From the NCBI GenBank assembly GCA_963737155.1, contig CAVTRN010000002.1, forward strand, positions 2,816,001 to 2,880,000: a stretch of DNA of 64,000 nucleotides. The letters are read 5' to 3'. Source of the DNA: Nitrospirota bacterium. GTDB taxonomy: Bacteria > Nitrospirota > UBA9217. The notes beneath the pieces were generated by a model. The model ran no database searches and was not told the origin of the DNA. It saw only the letters and a list, made by a program, of their open reading frames with translations. A program made the translations under genes and the position numbers. Positions within the stretch are counted from its first letter, which is position 1. Each line of letters begins with the position of its first letter. Below, one piece after another: positions 20,066 to 30,867 of this stretch.

Positions 20066-20686
20066 ATGCGTCCATCCAAAGCATATCGATCCGCAGCCCT
20101 CTGGCTTGGCTTCCTTCTACTCCTTTATTCCTGCTCACCCCTCTCGCGAAGACAGCCGGAGGAACGGGAAGCAAGGAATAGTAATGAAACAACGAAACAG
20201 GCCAAGGAGCAATCTGCACTCGGCAACAATGAAACAGCAAAACAAGCCCAGGAGCAATTTGCGCTCGGCAGGTACAAAAATGCACTTGACATATATTCCT
20301 CCGCCTATGACAAGCACCACGATGCCGATCTTCGCCGCGGTTATGCTCGGCTGGGCGAACAGACCAAGGCTGCTGCTGACGTACTGTTTCAGGCGGGAAA
20401 TTTCGGGGAAGCCGGGATTATTTACAGAAATCTGTTCGATAGCGATATCACAACCAGGGACTTCGCACGGGAACTTTCGTTCAATGACGTAGACCTTATC
20501 AAAAAAATGGAGGCATGTTCCAAGTCGCTTATGGAGATCGGTCTCATGAGGTACCGCGAGGAAAAGCTCGAGGAAGCAATAGCAGTTTGGAGAAAGGTGC
20601 TCGTCTTCGACGCTGAAAACAAAAATGTTAGAAACGCCATCGATACCGCAACCCTGCAGCTGCAACAACTTAAGACGCTGAGATGA
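20066..20686 (+). CDS. TPR lipoprotein
   Basis: Lipobox-like LLYSC, TPR helices, and an internal 15-aa duplication (NETTKQAKEQSALG / NETAKQAQEQFALG). Confidence 0.75.
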   Translation: MRPSKAYRSAALWLGFLLLLYSCSPLSRRQPEEREARNSNETTKQAKEQSALGNNETAKQAQEQFALGRYKNALDIYSSAYDKHHDADLRRGYARLGEQTKAAADVLFQAGNFGEAGIIYRNLFDSDITTRDFARELSFNDVDLIKKMEACSKSLMEIGLMRYREEKLEEAIAVWRKVLVFDAENKNVRNAIDTATLQLQQLKTLR

Positions 20687-20739
20687 AGGTATCGGGAACA
20701 GCCGGCGCAGAACTGCTATTCCGCACCTGAATTTTGCTT

Positions 20740-20870
20740 CTTTCTATTAAAACGAACCTGCCCCCTTCCCCATGCTGACCCGATCCGGTCATGAAGAAGT
20801 CCTTAAGGATTATAGCCTTGTCCTTATCCGCCAGCCTGCGTAACCTACGCTGAATCTCCTTCACTCCCAT
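20740..20870 (-). pseudogene. AlkD-like DNA alkylation repair protein, N-terminal remnant
   Basis: MGVKEIQRRLRRLADKDKAIILKDFFMTGSGQHGEGGRF resembles the family FFKTGPGEYGEGD motif; truncated. Confidence 0.65.
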
Positions 20871-20899
20871 GATCGCTCCGGAATCGACGTCTGGCAGCA

Positions 20900-21619
20900 T
20901 TACGTCTCTGCCTTTTCTGTCCCACCCATCTTTTCCGAAATTGCCAGATAATCGATAAATGACTTTAACTGCGCGGTCCCTGCTTCCGTAAGATACAAAA
21001 ACTCTACACCAATATCGTAGTATGCCTCACCTTCCTCTTCAATCGTGCGAATTGAGGCAACTCGTCCATTGAAATGCACAAAGTTATCGTCATGGAGTGC
21101 AAGCCCCATGGGGATGACGCTTTGCAAGTCAAGGCTCACATCGGTCTGGATGCGGATGCCGCAAAGGCTTATTTCCTTCACCTTGAACTGGGCAGGGTAA
21201 TTCAATATCTTCTCGCCAGGCATATGAATTTGGAACCGGATATCACTCCTGCGGTCGGAATCGGAAAGCACGGTCTCTTTTTTAATATGCTCAATTGATT
21301 TTAATAAGTCCGCTATCTGACTCGATGAGTCCTCCTTGAATCTCATCCCAGCCGAATAGATCATGGCCCGTTCGCCGTTGACTTTTTCCTCAATCCCGCT
21401 TAATTCTGACCGTACCACGATGCACTTCAGATCGAAGCTTTTTGCCTTGTCTCCCAGCTTGAGTAGATATTCCCTGCCCGGGTTAAGCCGACGATCAACC
21501 CGCAGGGCCACTCCTCCAAGGCTGATATCGATGATTTCCACTTTATCAGCCAGGCTCATTTTCCCGTTTACCTCCATCACTTCCAGCTTGTATCTCTTAT
21601 GCCGCCTATTGTCCTGCAT
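20900..21619 (-). CDS. Tandem PilZ domain protein
   Basis: RRHKR..DISLGG in the first domain; DRRSDIR..EISLCG..IGVEF in the second. Confidence 0.88.
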   Translation of the reverse strand: MQDNRRHKRYKLEVMEVNGKMSLADKVEIIDISLGGVALRVDRRLNPGREYLLKLGDKAKSFDLKCIVVRSELSGIEEKVNGERAMIYSAGMRFKEDSSSQIADLLKSIEHIKKETVLSDSDRRSDIRFQIHMPGEKILNYPAQFKVKEISLCGIRIQTDVSLDLQSVIPMGLALHDDNFVHFNGRVASIRTIEEEGEAYYDIGVEFLYLTEAGTAQLKSFIDYLAISEKMGGTEKAET

Positions 21620-21887
21620 GTCGGGAACTCCTCCAAATACATGTATATATCCTTAGATACGCTAGCCCCAAGTTGATTATGCTGTCATGCAATCGCGTAG
21701 TAGTGCGCACTCCCAACTTATGGTGCTTTATCCATACAAATTATAACTCTCTGTTTTTTTATCAAAAATCCCTTTGGAATGATCAGACAAATTTTAATTT
21801 AATAAGGCAAAGGTCGCATACATCGATATCAAGGGCAATAAAGTAGATCTACGGGCCCTCTATTGCGACAAATTCTCTTTCTGTCGG

Positions 21888-22406
21888 TTACCTGCCGCAG
21901 TTCCCCACGATCAGGCTACGCAGCTTCGACAAAAAACCAGCTACCTCTTCGCCTCCCTCCGGCGGCGACCATACTGCGAACTCCGAGGCCGATTGCGGAT
22001 CATAGGGACCTTCCTTTATTTCGAGAAAAATCGAATCATCAGCCATGGGTACCCAAGCATGCCAGACATCAGGGGGCATCTCAAAACCGCTGTTCTCCAA
22101 ATCTGGCCCCAGAGAAATCCTTGCCATTACTACCGCCTGATCATCGAATATAAGTAAGTCGAATTTACCGCGGAGAACAACGGCGAGTTCAAATCTTGAT
22201 CTATGCCGGTGCGGCCTGAAATAGGAACCAATTTTTGATGCAACAAGATATCGCTGAATTCTATCCTGGCTGGATTCATGGATGTTAAAATTTGACCGTT
22301 TTCTGGCCGATGAACCTGCCTTTGCTAAAAGATCGTCGAACAGGATTGCGTTTATAATCTTCATGTTTATCGATACCACGAAGTTCCCGCCGGCTGGAAT
22401 ATGCAT
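21888..22406 (-). CDS. WbuC-family cupin-fold metalloprotein
   Basis: A.SSARKRSNFNIH, YFRPHRH, WHAW and LEIKEGPY. Confidence 0.88.
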   Translation of the reverse strand: MHIPAGGNFVVSINMKIINAILFDDLLAKAGSSARKRSNFNIHESSQDRIQRYLVASKIGSYFRPHRHRSRFELAVVLRGKFDLLIFDDQAVVMARISLGPDLENSGFEMPPDVWHAWVPMADDSIFLEIKEGPYDPQSASEFAVWSPPEGGEEVAGFLSKLRSLIVGNCGR

Positions 22407-22471
22407 CCAAAGCGCTTTCCCGTGCGAGTATATTGGCTGCTCAGAAGTTTGTCAAGTCGATTAACTGAACC

Positions 22472-22640
22472 TGTTGTCCCAAAGCAGAAATGTCCTATTT
22501 TTACCAAAGTTGAATTGTCCGGTTTTGTGATACTGCCTTACGTGGACTTCATGCTTTAGCCATTGCCCTTGCTGGAGACTTCCACGGATGCGTCACTGGC
22601 TGCTGACGCTCCCTTATATCCTCGATTTCTTTGCCGACAT
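22472..22640 (-). mobile_element. ISNCY/IS1202-like element end plus transposase 3' remnant
   Basis: Starts with TGT and contains two direct repeats CAAAG(C/T)(A/T)GAA(A/T)TGTCC (22480-22495 and 22505-22520). The minus strand encodes ..QQPVTHPWKS, like the ISNCY C-terminal HPW motif. Confidence 0.5.
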
Positions 22641-22736
22641 CTCTCCCTTCACGGGGCGATCATCGATTTTCTTATAATTTAATCGTTGTCCCTCATGGAG
22701 TATATGCATGCTGCTCTCAGTTCTTTCTCCGCCTCA

Positions 22737-22791
22737 CTCAGAATGATCTGGAAGAGCGCCAAATGGCGCTTCCAGATCATTTGAGTTTTTT
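22737..22791 (+). terminator. Long hairpin followed by a U-tract (intrinsic terminator-like)
   Basis: ATGATCTGGAAG-AG-CGCCA-AA-TGGCG-CTTCCAGATCAT, closed by CTCA/TGAG and followed by TTTTTT. Confidence 0.6.
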
Positions 22792-22917
22792 GGCTCCTGC
22801 TAAAGTTTGCGCTACATATAAAAACCGCTAACCTTAGATTTGCTTTTCGTCCTTGAGCAGAGCGGGAAAATCTTCCTATTTACAAAGAACTTGAAGATGA
22901 TCGCTTCAAATGAGATG

Positions 22918-23721
22918 TTACTTCAATATTTCGACGAAAAAGGTCTTCATGGCCTGCCACGACTCTTTGTCGGCTTTTTCGTTGTACGCAATCGGAAGTT
23001 TAAATTTTTCCCCAAGAGCGGTTGCACGCGGATTCGAGAAGGCGTGGGTGGCGCCGGGATAAACAATCACCCGATAATCGGCATCGGCGGCTGTCATCTC
23101 CTTTTTAAACAATTCAACTTTATCTGGCGTAATGAAGGTGTCAGCGCCTCCCTGCAGGACAAGAATCTTTGCCTTGATTCCGCCGGGGCTGGCCGGTTTA
23201 ACTGCCCCCAGGTTGCCATGGAAGCTTACTACTCCTTTCAGGTCCGCTCCCTGGCGGGCCATGTTCAGGATGACGCCTCCGCCGAAACAGAAGCCGATCG
23301 CCGCGATTCTGGTATCATCAACGGTCGGCTGCCTCTTGAGAAAACCCTCGGCAGCATCAAACCGCGCTTGTGCAATATCAAAGTTTTTCATGATTTCCGA
23401 CGACATGGCTGACGCTTCCGTAGGATTGGACGCTTGCTTTCCTTCGCCGTACATATCGGCGGCAAGGGCCGTATACCCTAGCTCGGCCAGCATCCGTGCC
23501 CGTTTCCGACCATAGTCAGTCAGGCCCCACCACTCATCGACTACTATAATACCGGGTCCCTTGCTTTTCATACTGTTGCTGTAAGCAAGGTAGCCCTTCA
23601 TGACCGTGCCGGCGACGTTGTACTTTACGGTCTTCCCGATTATTTTTGCATGAGATATCGCCTGGCCGATGCACAGGACAAACGCCACGATGCCTACTAA
23701 AACAAGGGAAAATTTCTTCAT
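22918..23721 (-). CDS. Exported dienelactone hydrolase family protein
   Basis: Signal peptide MKKFSL..SHA; EWWGL, GFCFGG, SFHG and ATHAF; RBS AAGGAGG. Confidence 0.92.
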   Translation of the reverse strand: MKKFSLVLVGIVAFVLCIGQAISHAKIIGKTVKYNVAGTVMKGYLAYSNSMKSKGPGIIVVDEWWGLTDYGRKRARMLAELGYTALAADMYGEGKQASNPTEASAMSSEIMKNFDIAQARFDAAEGFLKRQPTVDDTRIAAIGFCFGGGVILNMARQGADLKGVVSFHGNLGAVKPASPGGIKAKILVLQGGADTFITPDKVELFKKEMTAADADYRVIVYPGATHAFSNPRATALGEKFKLPIAYNEKADKESWQAMKTFFVEILK

Positions 23722-23898
23722 ATTATCCTCCTTTAAGTCGCTATCGTAAAACTTATACATAGCAAACCGATCGTCTCGTTTCACTCGGTCATCTGTTCCA
23801 GTCGGCATGAGATGCCAGCTCGAACTCGAGACCATCCTGTATCAACAGGATACCTTTCAATTGTACCAGAAGAAGGGAGAAAAAATCGACTGGCAGGA

Positions 23899-24366
23899 TT
23901 AGCGGTTTCGCTCTTTTACCGTACGCTCCACTTCCCGTTTCGATTCCTTTTCCTTGATTGTGTCGCGCTTGTCAAAGGATTTCTTGCCCTTGGCGAGTCC
24001 GATCAGCACTTTGGCCTTGCCTCGAATAAAATAGATCTTGAGCGGAATGAGCGTATAGCCTTTTAAGGTCATCTTACCGATAAGCTTCTGTATCTCCTTG
24101 GCATGAAGTAGGAGTTTACGTGTTCGGAGCGGATCATGATTCATGATGTTACCGTGGGGATAAGGGCTTATGTTTGCATTCAGCAGGAAAATCTCATCCT
24201 TTTTCACGATGGCGTAGCTGTCTGTAAGGTTGGCGAGACCCAAGCGGAGGGATTTCACCTCTGTGCCATGAAGCACGATCCCCGCCTCAAGCGTCTCCTC
24301 GATGAAGTAGTCGTGGTGTGCCTTACGGTTGGTGGTAACCGTGGTATCAGTCTTTTTGTTTTCCAT
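23899..24366 (-). CDS. smpB: SsrA-binding protein
   Basis: [29 protein letters not shown] and GKKSFDKR. Confidence 0.98.
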   Translation of the reverse strand: MENKKTDTTVTTNRKAHHDYFIEETLEAGIVLHGTEVKSLRLGLANLTDSYAIVKKDEIFLLNANISPYPHGNIMNHDPLRTRKLLLHAKEIQKLIGKMTLKGYTLIPLKIYFIRGKAKVLIGLAKGKKSFDKRDTIKEKESKREVERTVKERNR

Positions 24367-24517
24367 ACATGCAATTCCGTATTTCTATTGTAACGAAAAA
24401 CCCTTAAACTGCAACACCTTTGTTCAGGAGGCGGAGCGATCGAAAAGCAACAAGGAAATGAGAAAGTTTTTTATAAACAACCCAGATTTCAGGGTGTCAT
24501 ATCATCATGCAGGCTTC

Positions 24518-26692
24518 TTACATCAAATTCACCGGATCGACATCAATAATAACTTTGCACTTTCTGCCATATTTCTCCTCGATAATGTTCCTACCCTCGG
24601 TGGTAAGCGTTCTGATCACTTCCCTTCTAGTCGAGAGCAATATCATCTGGAACCGGTACTGGCCGCGAACCCGGGACACTGGGGCAGGCGCAGGGCCAAG
24701 CAGCACGGGATCCTTTCCTCGTATCAGGCTGCGGATATGGTTCTGGGCTGCCTTGGCGGCCTGTGCGGCCAACTCCGCGTCAGGACATCTAATCTCGATC
24801 TTGATCATGCGTGCGACGGGAGGGTAACCGAGCTGGGTACGAAACACGATCTCTTCGTTATAAAACCCGTCATAATCATGTGTGGTGCTGTGCCGTATCG
24901 AGTAATGATTCGCGTTCATCGTCTGGATTACCACCTCTCCGGAGACATCCCCCCTGCCAGCCCTGCCCGCGGCCTGGGTGATGATCTGGAAAGTTTTTTC
25001 TGCGGATCGGAAATCCGGCAGGTTGAGCCCCACGTCGGCATCCACCACGCCCACCAGCGTCACTGCCGGAAAGTCATGCCCTTTCGCGATCATCTGGGTA
25101 CCTAGTAGGATGTCCACTTCGCGACGGTCAACCTGTTGCAAAAGCTTTTCATAGGCGTCTCTCCCTCTGACCGAGTCGCTGTCCATGCGTTTCAGCCGCG
25201 CGCTGGGAAAAAGTGCCTGCAGTTCCTCTTCAATCTTCTGGGTGCCATAGCCAAGCAGCTTGAGTTCGATGCCTGAGCACGACGGGCAGGAGGACGGCGG
25301 TGTCATAAGAAACCCGCAGTAGTGGCACTTGAGTTTTTGTTCTGTTTTGTGAAAGGTGAGAGACACACTGCATCTCGGGCACTTCACAGCAACTCCACAG
25401 CTCCCGCAGATAAGCACCGATGAGAAGCCCCGCCGGTTTAACAACAGGAGTGTTTGCTCGCCCTTCTCGAGCCTCAGTCGAATGTCATCTATAAGTCGCG
25501 GGGAATAAAGGGTATGTTTCGGAAGGGTCTTGACGTCGACAATCAGCACCTCGGGCATGGGGCGGTGGTCAACGCGGTTCGCAAGGCGCAGATAGAGGTA
25601 CTTTCCGGACTTTGCATTGTAGTAGCTCTCGAGCGATGGCGTGGCCGAACCGAGCAGGGCCACAGCGTTCTGGAATTTAGCTCGCATGATCGCCACATCA
25701 CGAGCATGATAGCGAAGCCCTTCGTCCTGTTTGTAGGAGTTTTCGTGCTCTTCATCAACAACGATAAGACCCAGGTTTGCAAAGGGAGCGAAGACCGCAG
25801 ATCGAGCGCCTATGGCTACATCCACACGGCCAGACTGGATCCGGCGGTACTCGTCGGCTCGTTCGCGGTCCGTCAGCCCGCTGTGCAACACCGCAACGCG
25901 TCCACCGAAACGTTTTTTGAATCTGCGCAGCAACTGCGGTGTGAGCGCTATTTCGGGCACCAGAACAATGGCACCTTTTCCAGCGGCTGCAAGCCCGTTG
26001 ATGGAATGCAGATAGACTTCGGTCTTTCCGCTACCAGTCACGCCGTGCAGCAGTAACACGCCGAAGGTCTGCGCCGCGACCTGTTCGCTAATGCGTTTCA
26101 CGGCCTCAGCCTGCTCAGGCATAAGATGAGGCGGCACGCTCGGGACAAACGGTTCCCTTTCGATTTCCCCGCCAATGTCCTTTTCAATTATTTCCACCAT
26201 CCCAGCCGTGTACAGGGCTTTGATGGTGCCAGTGGAAAATGTCTTTAACTCCTCCATGCCAATTTCTTCGCGTTCGCATAAAAGCAGCAGAAGCTCCGCC
26301 TGTTTCGGTCCCCGCAGTAATTTCACGTCATGGTCGCCCAAGGCAAGCCGCAGAAATCTTCTTCGCTTTTGTTTTGCGCGGGACAAGGCCTTCGGCACAA
26401 TGGCATCAAGGGTCGGGCCCAGCGGGAACAGATAGTAGTCGGAAATCCATCGCGCGAGTCGAACAAGGTCGGGCGCAAGCGGCTGGCCGGAAACTTCGAT
26501 TATCGATTTGAGCCCGGAAACCCCTGCCTTTGCAGGGAATCCGACGACCGTTCCGGCTATACGACGGTTCCCGAACGGCACCAACACGCGCGAGCCCTCC
26601 ACGAGTTGCCCCTGCATCCCCTCGGGGATGCGATAATGGAATGTTTTATCGACGGAAACGCCGACAGCTATATCAGCAACTTGTTCTGGCAT
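24518..26692 (-). CDS. priA: Primosomal protein N'
   Basis: GVTGSGKTEVY, DEEH, LGSATPS, Cys-rich zinc module and QAAGRAGR. Confidence 0.98.
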   Translation of the reverse strand: MPEQVADIAVGVSVDKTFHYRIPEGMQGQLVEGSRVLVPFGNRRIAGTVVGFPAKAGVSGLKSIIEVSGQPLAPDLVRLARWISDYYLFPLGPTLDAIVPKALSRAKQKRRRFLRLALGDHDVKLLRGPKQAELLLLLCEREEIGMEELKTFSTGTIKALYTAGMVEIIEKDIGGEIEREPFVPSVPPHLMPEQAEAVKRISEQVAAQTFGVLLLHGVTGSGKTEVYLHSINGLAAAGKGAIVLVPEIALTPQLLRRFKKRFGGRVAVLHSGLTDRERADEYRRIQSGRVDVAIGARSAVFAPFANLGLIVVDEEHENSYKQDEGLRYHARDVAIMRAKFQNAVALLGSATPSLESYYNAKSGKYLYLRLANRVDHRPMPEVLIVDVKTLPKHTLYSPRLIDDIRLRLEKGEQTLLLLNRRGFSSVLICGSCGVAVKCPRCSVSLTFHKTEQKLKCHYCGFLMTPPSSCPSCSGIELKLLGYGTQKIEEELQALFPSARLKRMDSDSVRGRDAYEKLLQQVDRREVDILLGTQMIAKGHDFPAVTLVGVVDADVGLNLPDFRSAEKTFQIITQAAGRAGRGDVSGEVVIQTMNANHYSIRHSTTHDYDGFYNEEIVFRTQLGYPPVARMIKIEIRCPDAELAAQAAKAAQNHIRSLIRGKDPVLLGPAPAPVSRVRGQYRFQMILLSTRREVIRTLTTEGRNIIEEKYGRKCKVIIDVDPVNLM

Positions 26693-26814
26693 GGGGATTG
26701 GTCACGCGGGTAAACAGGCAAGGATCAAGTTATGTCAAAAACAGAGATCAAGGGAAAAAACCGCTGCATTCCAACTATCAATTAGTACGATCGATCTATC
26801 GCTGGAAGCATTAA

Positions 26815-27285
26815 TCAGGACGACTTTATTTCCTTATTGCCCAGAATGTCTTTGAGCTCGGTCATGAACTCGCTGATGTCCTTAAAGGAGCGGTAGACTG
26901 AGGCGAACCGTACATAGGCGACCTCGTCCAACTTATGCAACCGGTCCATTACTTCCTCGCCAATGACTGTACTGGGGATTTCCTTTAGCCCCTTCTCTTG
27001 GAGGTCCTTTTCGATTTCCTCGACGGCCCTTTCGAGCATTTCCAGACTGATGGGACGCTTTTCGCAGGCTTTCTTGAGTCCGTTCAGAATCTTCATCCGG
27101 TCGAAGGGCTCGCGCCGCCCATCCTTCTTGATAACGAGCGGCAAAACTTCCTCGACGCGCTCATGAGTTGTGAATCGTCCTTGGCACTTGAGACACTCAC
27201 GTCTCCGACGGATGGACTCGCCTTCCTTTCCCATTCGGGAGTCAACAACCTTATTATCGAGGCTTGTACAGTAAGGACAGCGCAT
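26815..27285 (-). CDS. nrdR: Transcriptional repressor NrdR
   Basis: [21 protein letters not shown] cone and YVRFASVY. Confidence 0.98.
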   Translation of the reverse strand: MRCPYCTSLDNKVVDSRMGKEGESIRRRRECLKCQGRFTTHERVEEVLPLVIKKDGRREPFDRMKILNGLKKACEKRPISLEMLERAVEEIEKDLQEKGLKEIPSTVIGEEVMDRLHKLDEVAYVRFASVYRSFKDISEFMTELKDILGNKEIKSS

Positions 27286-27380
27286 AGGACCAGTTCAAAG
27301 TTCAGGGTTCAGAGTTAGTCACACGCGGGAAAATAGACGGAATGCAAAGTCGCTACCGGCCGCGAAACATGTTTCATAAA

Positions 27381-27839
27381 TCACTTCTTATATTGTGTTA
27401 CTTTGATGCCCGATTCCTCCAGCATCTCCGCCGCCAGGGGGTCGGGATAGCCGTCTTCGAATATAATGTGCTTCACGCCCGCGTTGATGATCATCTTGGC
27501 GCAGATGCCGCATGGCTGATTCGTGCAATAGAGCGTCGCGCCGTCAATATTCGTTCCATGCTTGGCAGCCTGGATAATCGCATTTTGCTCGGCATGGAGA
27601 CCTCGGCAGATTTCGTGCCGCTCCCCGGAAGGGATTCCCCGTTGTTCGCGGAGACATCCGCGATCGAGACAATGCTCAATACCCGACGGTGTGCCGTTAT
27701 AGCCCGTGGCAAGAACATTCCTGTCCTTCACGATCACGGCACCAACTTGGCGGCGAAGGCAGGTAGCCCGTTTCTTCACCAAGTGGGCAATTTGCATGAA
27801 ATATTCGTCCCATGAGGGGCGCGTATGCTGGTTTGCCAT
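27381..27839 (-). CDS. Deoxycytidylate deaminase family protein
   Basis: [20 protein letters not shown] and PCGIC. Confidence 0.93.
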   Translation of the reverse strand: MANQHTRPSWDEYFMQIAHLVKKRATCLRRQVGAVIVKDRNVLATGYNGTPSGIEHCLDRGCLREQRGIPSGERHEICRGLHAEQNAIIQAAKHGTNIDGATLYCTNQPCGICAKMIINAGVKHIIFEDGYPDPLAAEMLEESGIKVTQYKK

Positions 27840-28017
27840 AATACACCGTGAAACCGATAACGAAAGATGAGCCCCAATAAAAATAAATATTTTTAAAGAG
27901 GGTCAAGGCCACGCGGCCTTGCTGCATGCATAGAATACCTGAGGGGGTCAATTACCGCGCTGTCTTCATCGCGCAGCGAAGCCCGCTCGTAACGAATTTC
28001 CCGCCGACCTTCGATTC

Positions 28018-29271
28018 TTACACTCCTGCTTTTTCCATCGCGAACATCGGGAACCTGGCACAGAACGTCTTGGTCCGCTCCATGATCGTGGCGAGTTTTT
28101 CCGGAGAATGACCGTTTGCAAGCGTCTCGCAGATGAGATCGCCGATGACCTTCATCTCCGGTTCGCGCATTCCACGCGTGGTCACGATGGGCGTTCCGAG
28201 GCGAATGCCGCTCGTTGTCACCGGCGGTTTCTGATCGTAGGGGATGCTGTTCTTGTTGCAAGTGATGCCAGCCGCGTCAAGCGCCGCTTCGGCGTCTTTG
28301 CCCGTAATATTTTTGGGCGTCAAGTCCACGAGCATGAGGTGATTTTCCGTCCCCCCCGAGACGATACGGAAACCATCTTCAGTAAGGCGTTGCGCAAGAG
28401 CTTTCGCGTTCTTCTTCACCTGCTGCTGGTAGTCCTTGAAACCGGGCATGAGCGCCTCCTTAAAGGAAACCGCCTTGGCCGCGATAACATGCACAAGCGG
28501 TCCGCCTTGGATGCCTGGGAAAATGATCTTGTCCACCGCCTTTGCGAATTGTTCCCTACACATGATCATTCCACCGCGCGGGCCGCGTAGGGTCTTGTGG
28601 GTGGTCGTGGTAACAAAGTCTGCGTAGGGCAACGGGCTCGGATGTTCGCCCACCGCCACGAGACCGGCGATGTGCGCTATGTCGGCCATCAGGTAGGCGC
28701 CCACTTTATCCGCGATCTTGCGGAACCGCTCAAAGTCGAGGATTCGAGAATAGGCACTGTAGCCGCACACAATTAACTTTGGCTTGTGCTGCACCGCCAG
28801 ACGCTCCACCTCGTCGTAGTCAAGCAGCTCCGTTGTCCTGTCCACGCCGTAGGAAAATGACTTATAGAGCATGCCCGAAAAGCTCACGCTAGCACCGTGG
28901 GTCAGATGCCCCCCATGGGGGAGGCTCATGCCCAGGATCGTGTCGCCGGGTTTGAGCACGCTGAAATAGACAGCCATATTTGCCGTCGAACCGGAATGGG
29001 GCTGCACGTTTACGTGTTCGGCGCCGAAGATCTGTTTTGCCCGGTCGATTGCCAGCGACTCCACCTGGTCGGCGAACTCACACCCGCCATAGTAACGGCG
29101 GTTCGGGTAGCCTTCAGCATACTTGTTCGTGAATACCGACCCCTGCGCCTCGAGCACGCCCGGGCTTACGTAATTCTCCGACGCGACAAGGACGATCTTG
29201 CTCAGCTCGCGCTCCTCTTCGCCTTTGATCGCGTTATACACTTCGGGATCTATCTGTTTCAGTTCTGACAT
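28018..29271 (-). CDS. glyA: Serine hydroxymethyltransferase
   Basis: [18 protein letters not shown] and [13 protein letters not shown]. Confidence 0.99.
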   Translation of the reverse strand: MSELKQIDPEVYNAIKGEEERELSKIVLVASENYVSPGVLEAQGSVFTNKYAEGYPNRRYYGGCEFADQVESLAIDRAKQIFGAEHVNVQPHSGSTANMAVYFSVLKPGDTILGMSLPHGGHLTHGASVSFSGMLYKSFSYGVDRTTELLDYDEVERLAVQHKPKLIVCGYSAYSRILDFERFRKIADKVGAYLMADIAHIAGLVAVGEHPSPLPYADFVTTTTHKTLRGPRGGMIMCREQFAKAVDKIIFPGIQGGPLVHVIAAKAVSFKEALMPGFKDYQQQVKKNAKALAQRLTEDGFRIVSGGTENHLMLVDLTPKNITGKDAEAALDAAGITCNKNSIPYDQKPPVTTSGIRLGTPIVTTRGMREPEMKVIGDLICETLANGHSPEKLATIMERTKTFCARFPMFAMEKAGV

Positions 29272-29434
29272 GCCGTTGTCCTTTTAACCCTGGGAAGGAC
29301 TGCAGCCACAGAGGAGCATGGATGCAGCTTGATTGCATGCACGTGAATTTTTCAGGCTGCTGGCGCAATCTCCGTAACTTTGGCCGTGCAATGAAAAACC
29401 ATGTGAGTGAAGCTCTCGTGGTCCCTCTACATTT

Positions 29435-29887
29435 TTACAGTTTTATGGATTGTTCGATCACCTGTATCTTGTCAAGCCGCTTCTGGTGCCGACCGCCGGC
29501 AAATTCCGTTTCAAGCCAAGTTTTTACGATATCAAGAGCAACGCCCTTCCCGATCACCCGCTCACCCATGACTAGGATGTTGGCGTCGTTATGTTCCCGG
29601 CTCATCTGCGCAGTAAAATGATCATGACAGAGCGCGGCGCGAACCTTCGGATACCGGTTGGCCACGATGGACATGCCGATGCCCGTGCCGCAGATCAGGA
29701 TGCCGCGGTCCACCATCCCGTTCGCCACAGCTGCCGAGACTTTTGAACCGAAATCTGGGTAATCGACGGAATCCCTATTCGTGGGCCCGAAATCGGAGAC
29801 TTGGATATTTGCAACAGTCTTGATGAATTCGAGCACTTCTTCCTTCAGTTCAAAGCCGCCGTGATCGCAGCCGATCGCTAACTTCAT
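29435..29887 (-). CDS. rpiB: Ribose-5-phosphate isomerase B
   Basis: GCDHGG, SVDYPD, CGTGIGMS and F.GGRH. Confidence 0.97.
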   Translation of the reverse strand: MKLAIGCDHGGFELKEEVLEFIKTVANIQVSDFGPTNRDSVDYPDFGSKVSAAVANGMVDRGILICGTGIGMSIVANRYPKVRAALCHDHFTAQMSREHNDANILVMGERVIGKGVALDIVKTWLETEFAGGRHQKRLDKIQVIEQSIKL

Positions 29888-30054
29888 GCAAAACCCGCCT
29901 TTCAAAGAGAAGTTAATATTAACATCTCCGCTGTTTTTGTGTCAAGGAAAATACCCGTTACCCGCTACTGCATATCTGCATCCGGAGACTTTCAGCCTGC
30001 GCGAATCAACGACCAATCACGCGTTCTGAAGAATCGACCTGCAACAAGAAAGTA

Positions 30055-30789
30055 CTAAAAAAATTCGTAGCCAATCATGCTCAACACCGCCACAGCGGCT
30101 GTTTCCGTACGCAGAATGGCCGGCCCGAGACTTACAACATGAAAACCCCGAGACTTAGCCGCCCCCACCTCTCCGGCAGAGAAGCCGCCTTCCGAGCCAA
30201 TGAGGACTATGATCTCCCCGACGGCAGAATTTTGTCTTAAAACATTTTTGATGCGCTCGGTCCCTTCTTCCCAAGGCAGAAGAGATAGCGTCCGGGGACC
30301 GGGGGCTTGGGCCGCGATGAAATCGCCAAACGAAACAATGGGCCCAACAAGCGGGATGTCGGTACGGTTGCTTTGCATGGCAGCTTCCCGTGCAATCTTC
30401 CGCCATCGCGCCAGTCGTTTCTCTTCGTCCTTGACCTTAACAATTGTCCGTTCCGTCATAAGTGGAATTACAGTCGCAACGCCAAGTTCCGTGGCTTTCT
30501 GCACAATAAAATCCATTTTATCAGATTTCGGCAGTCCCTGGCCCAGCGTAACGCGGGGATGACTGAGCTCATTCTTTGTCTGCGTCAAAATTTCCGTCTT
30601 GACTTCCGTCTTGCTGAGTGCGGCTATCTTAGTCCTATATTCGGTTCCTTGCCCGTCGCACAGGAGCATTTCATCGCCGGCCTTCATTCGCAGGACCTTC
30701 ACAATATGTTGAACATCTTCTTCGGCAATCATGATGTTCATGCCGCTGATTCGATCAGATGATATGAAAAAACGCGGTGGTCGTGGCAT
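30055..30789 (-). CDS. rsmE: 16S rRNA m3U1498 methyltransferase
   Basis: HIVKVLR, QKATELG, EAAMQS, IGSEGGFS and LG..ILRTETA. Confidence 0.96.
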   Translation of the reverse strand: MPRPPRFFISSDRISGMNIMIAEEDVQHIVKVLRMKAGDEMLLCDGQGTEYRTKIAALSKTEVKTEILTQTKNELSHPRVTLGQGLPKSDKMDFIVQKATELGVATVIPLMTERTIVKVKDEEKRLARWRKIAREAAMQSNRTDIPLVGPIVSFGDFIAAQAPGPRTLSLLPWEEGTERIKNVLRQNSAVGEIIVLIGSEGGFSAGEVGAAKSRGFHVVSLGPAILRTETAAVAVLSMIGYEFF

Positions 30790-30867
30790 ATAGACTTAAG
30801 TTACAAGTTCAGAGTTTAAAGATAAGGCAAGACATCTTACTCCGCGTCCAATGCGGAAAAAATATTA

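Noticed and set aside
22840-23412. Long opposite-strand ORFs (also 24329-25105, 43484-44200, 57982-58734)
   Set aside because: Antisense shadows of well-supported genes, without protein motifs.
23760-24500. tmRNA (ssrA) or tRNA genes near smpB
   Set aside because: No GGGG..TTCGA..CCA tRNA-like ends were found here or elsewhere in the window.
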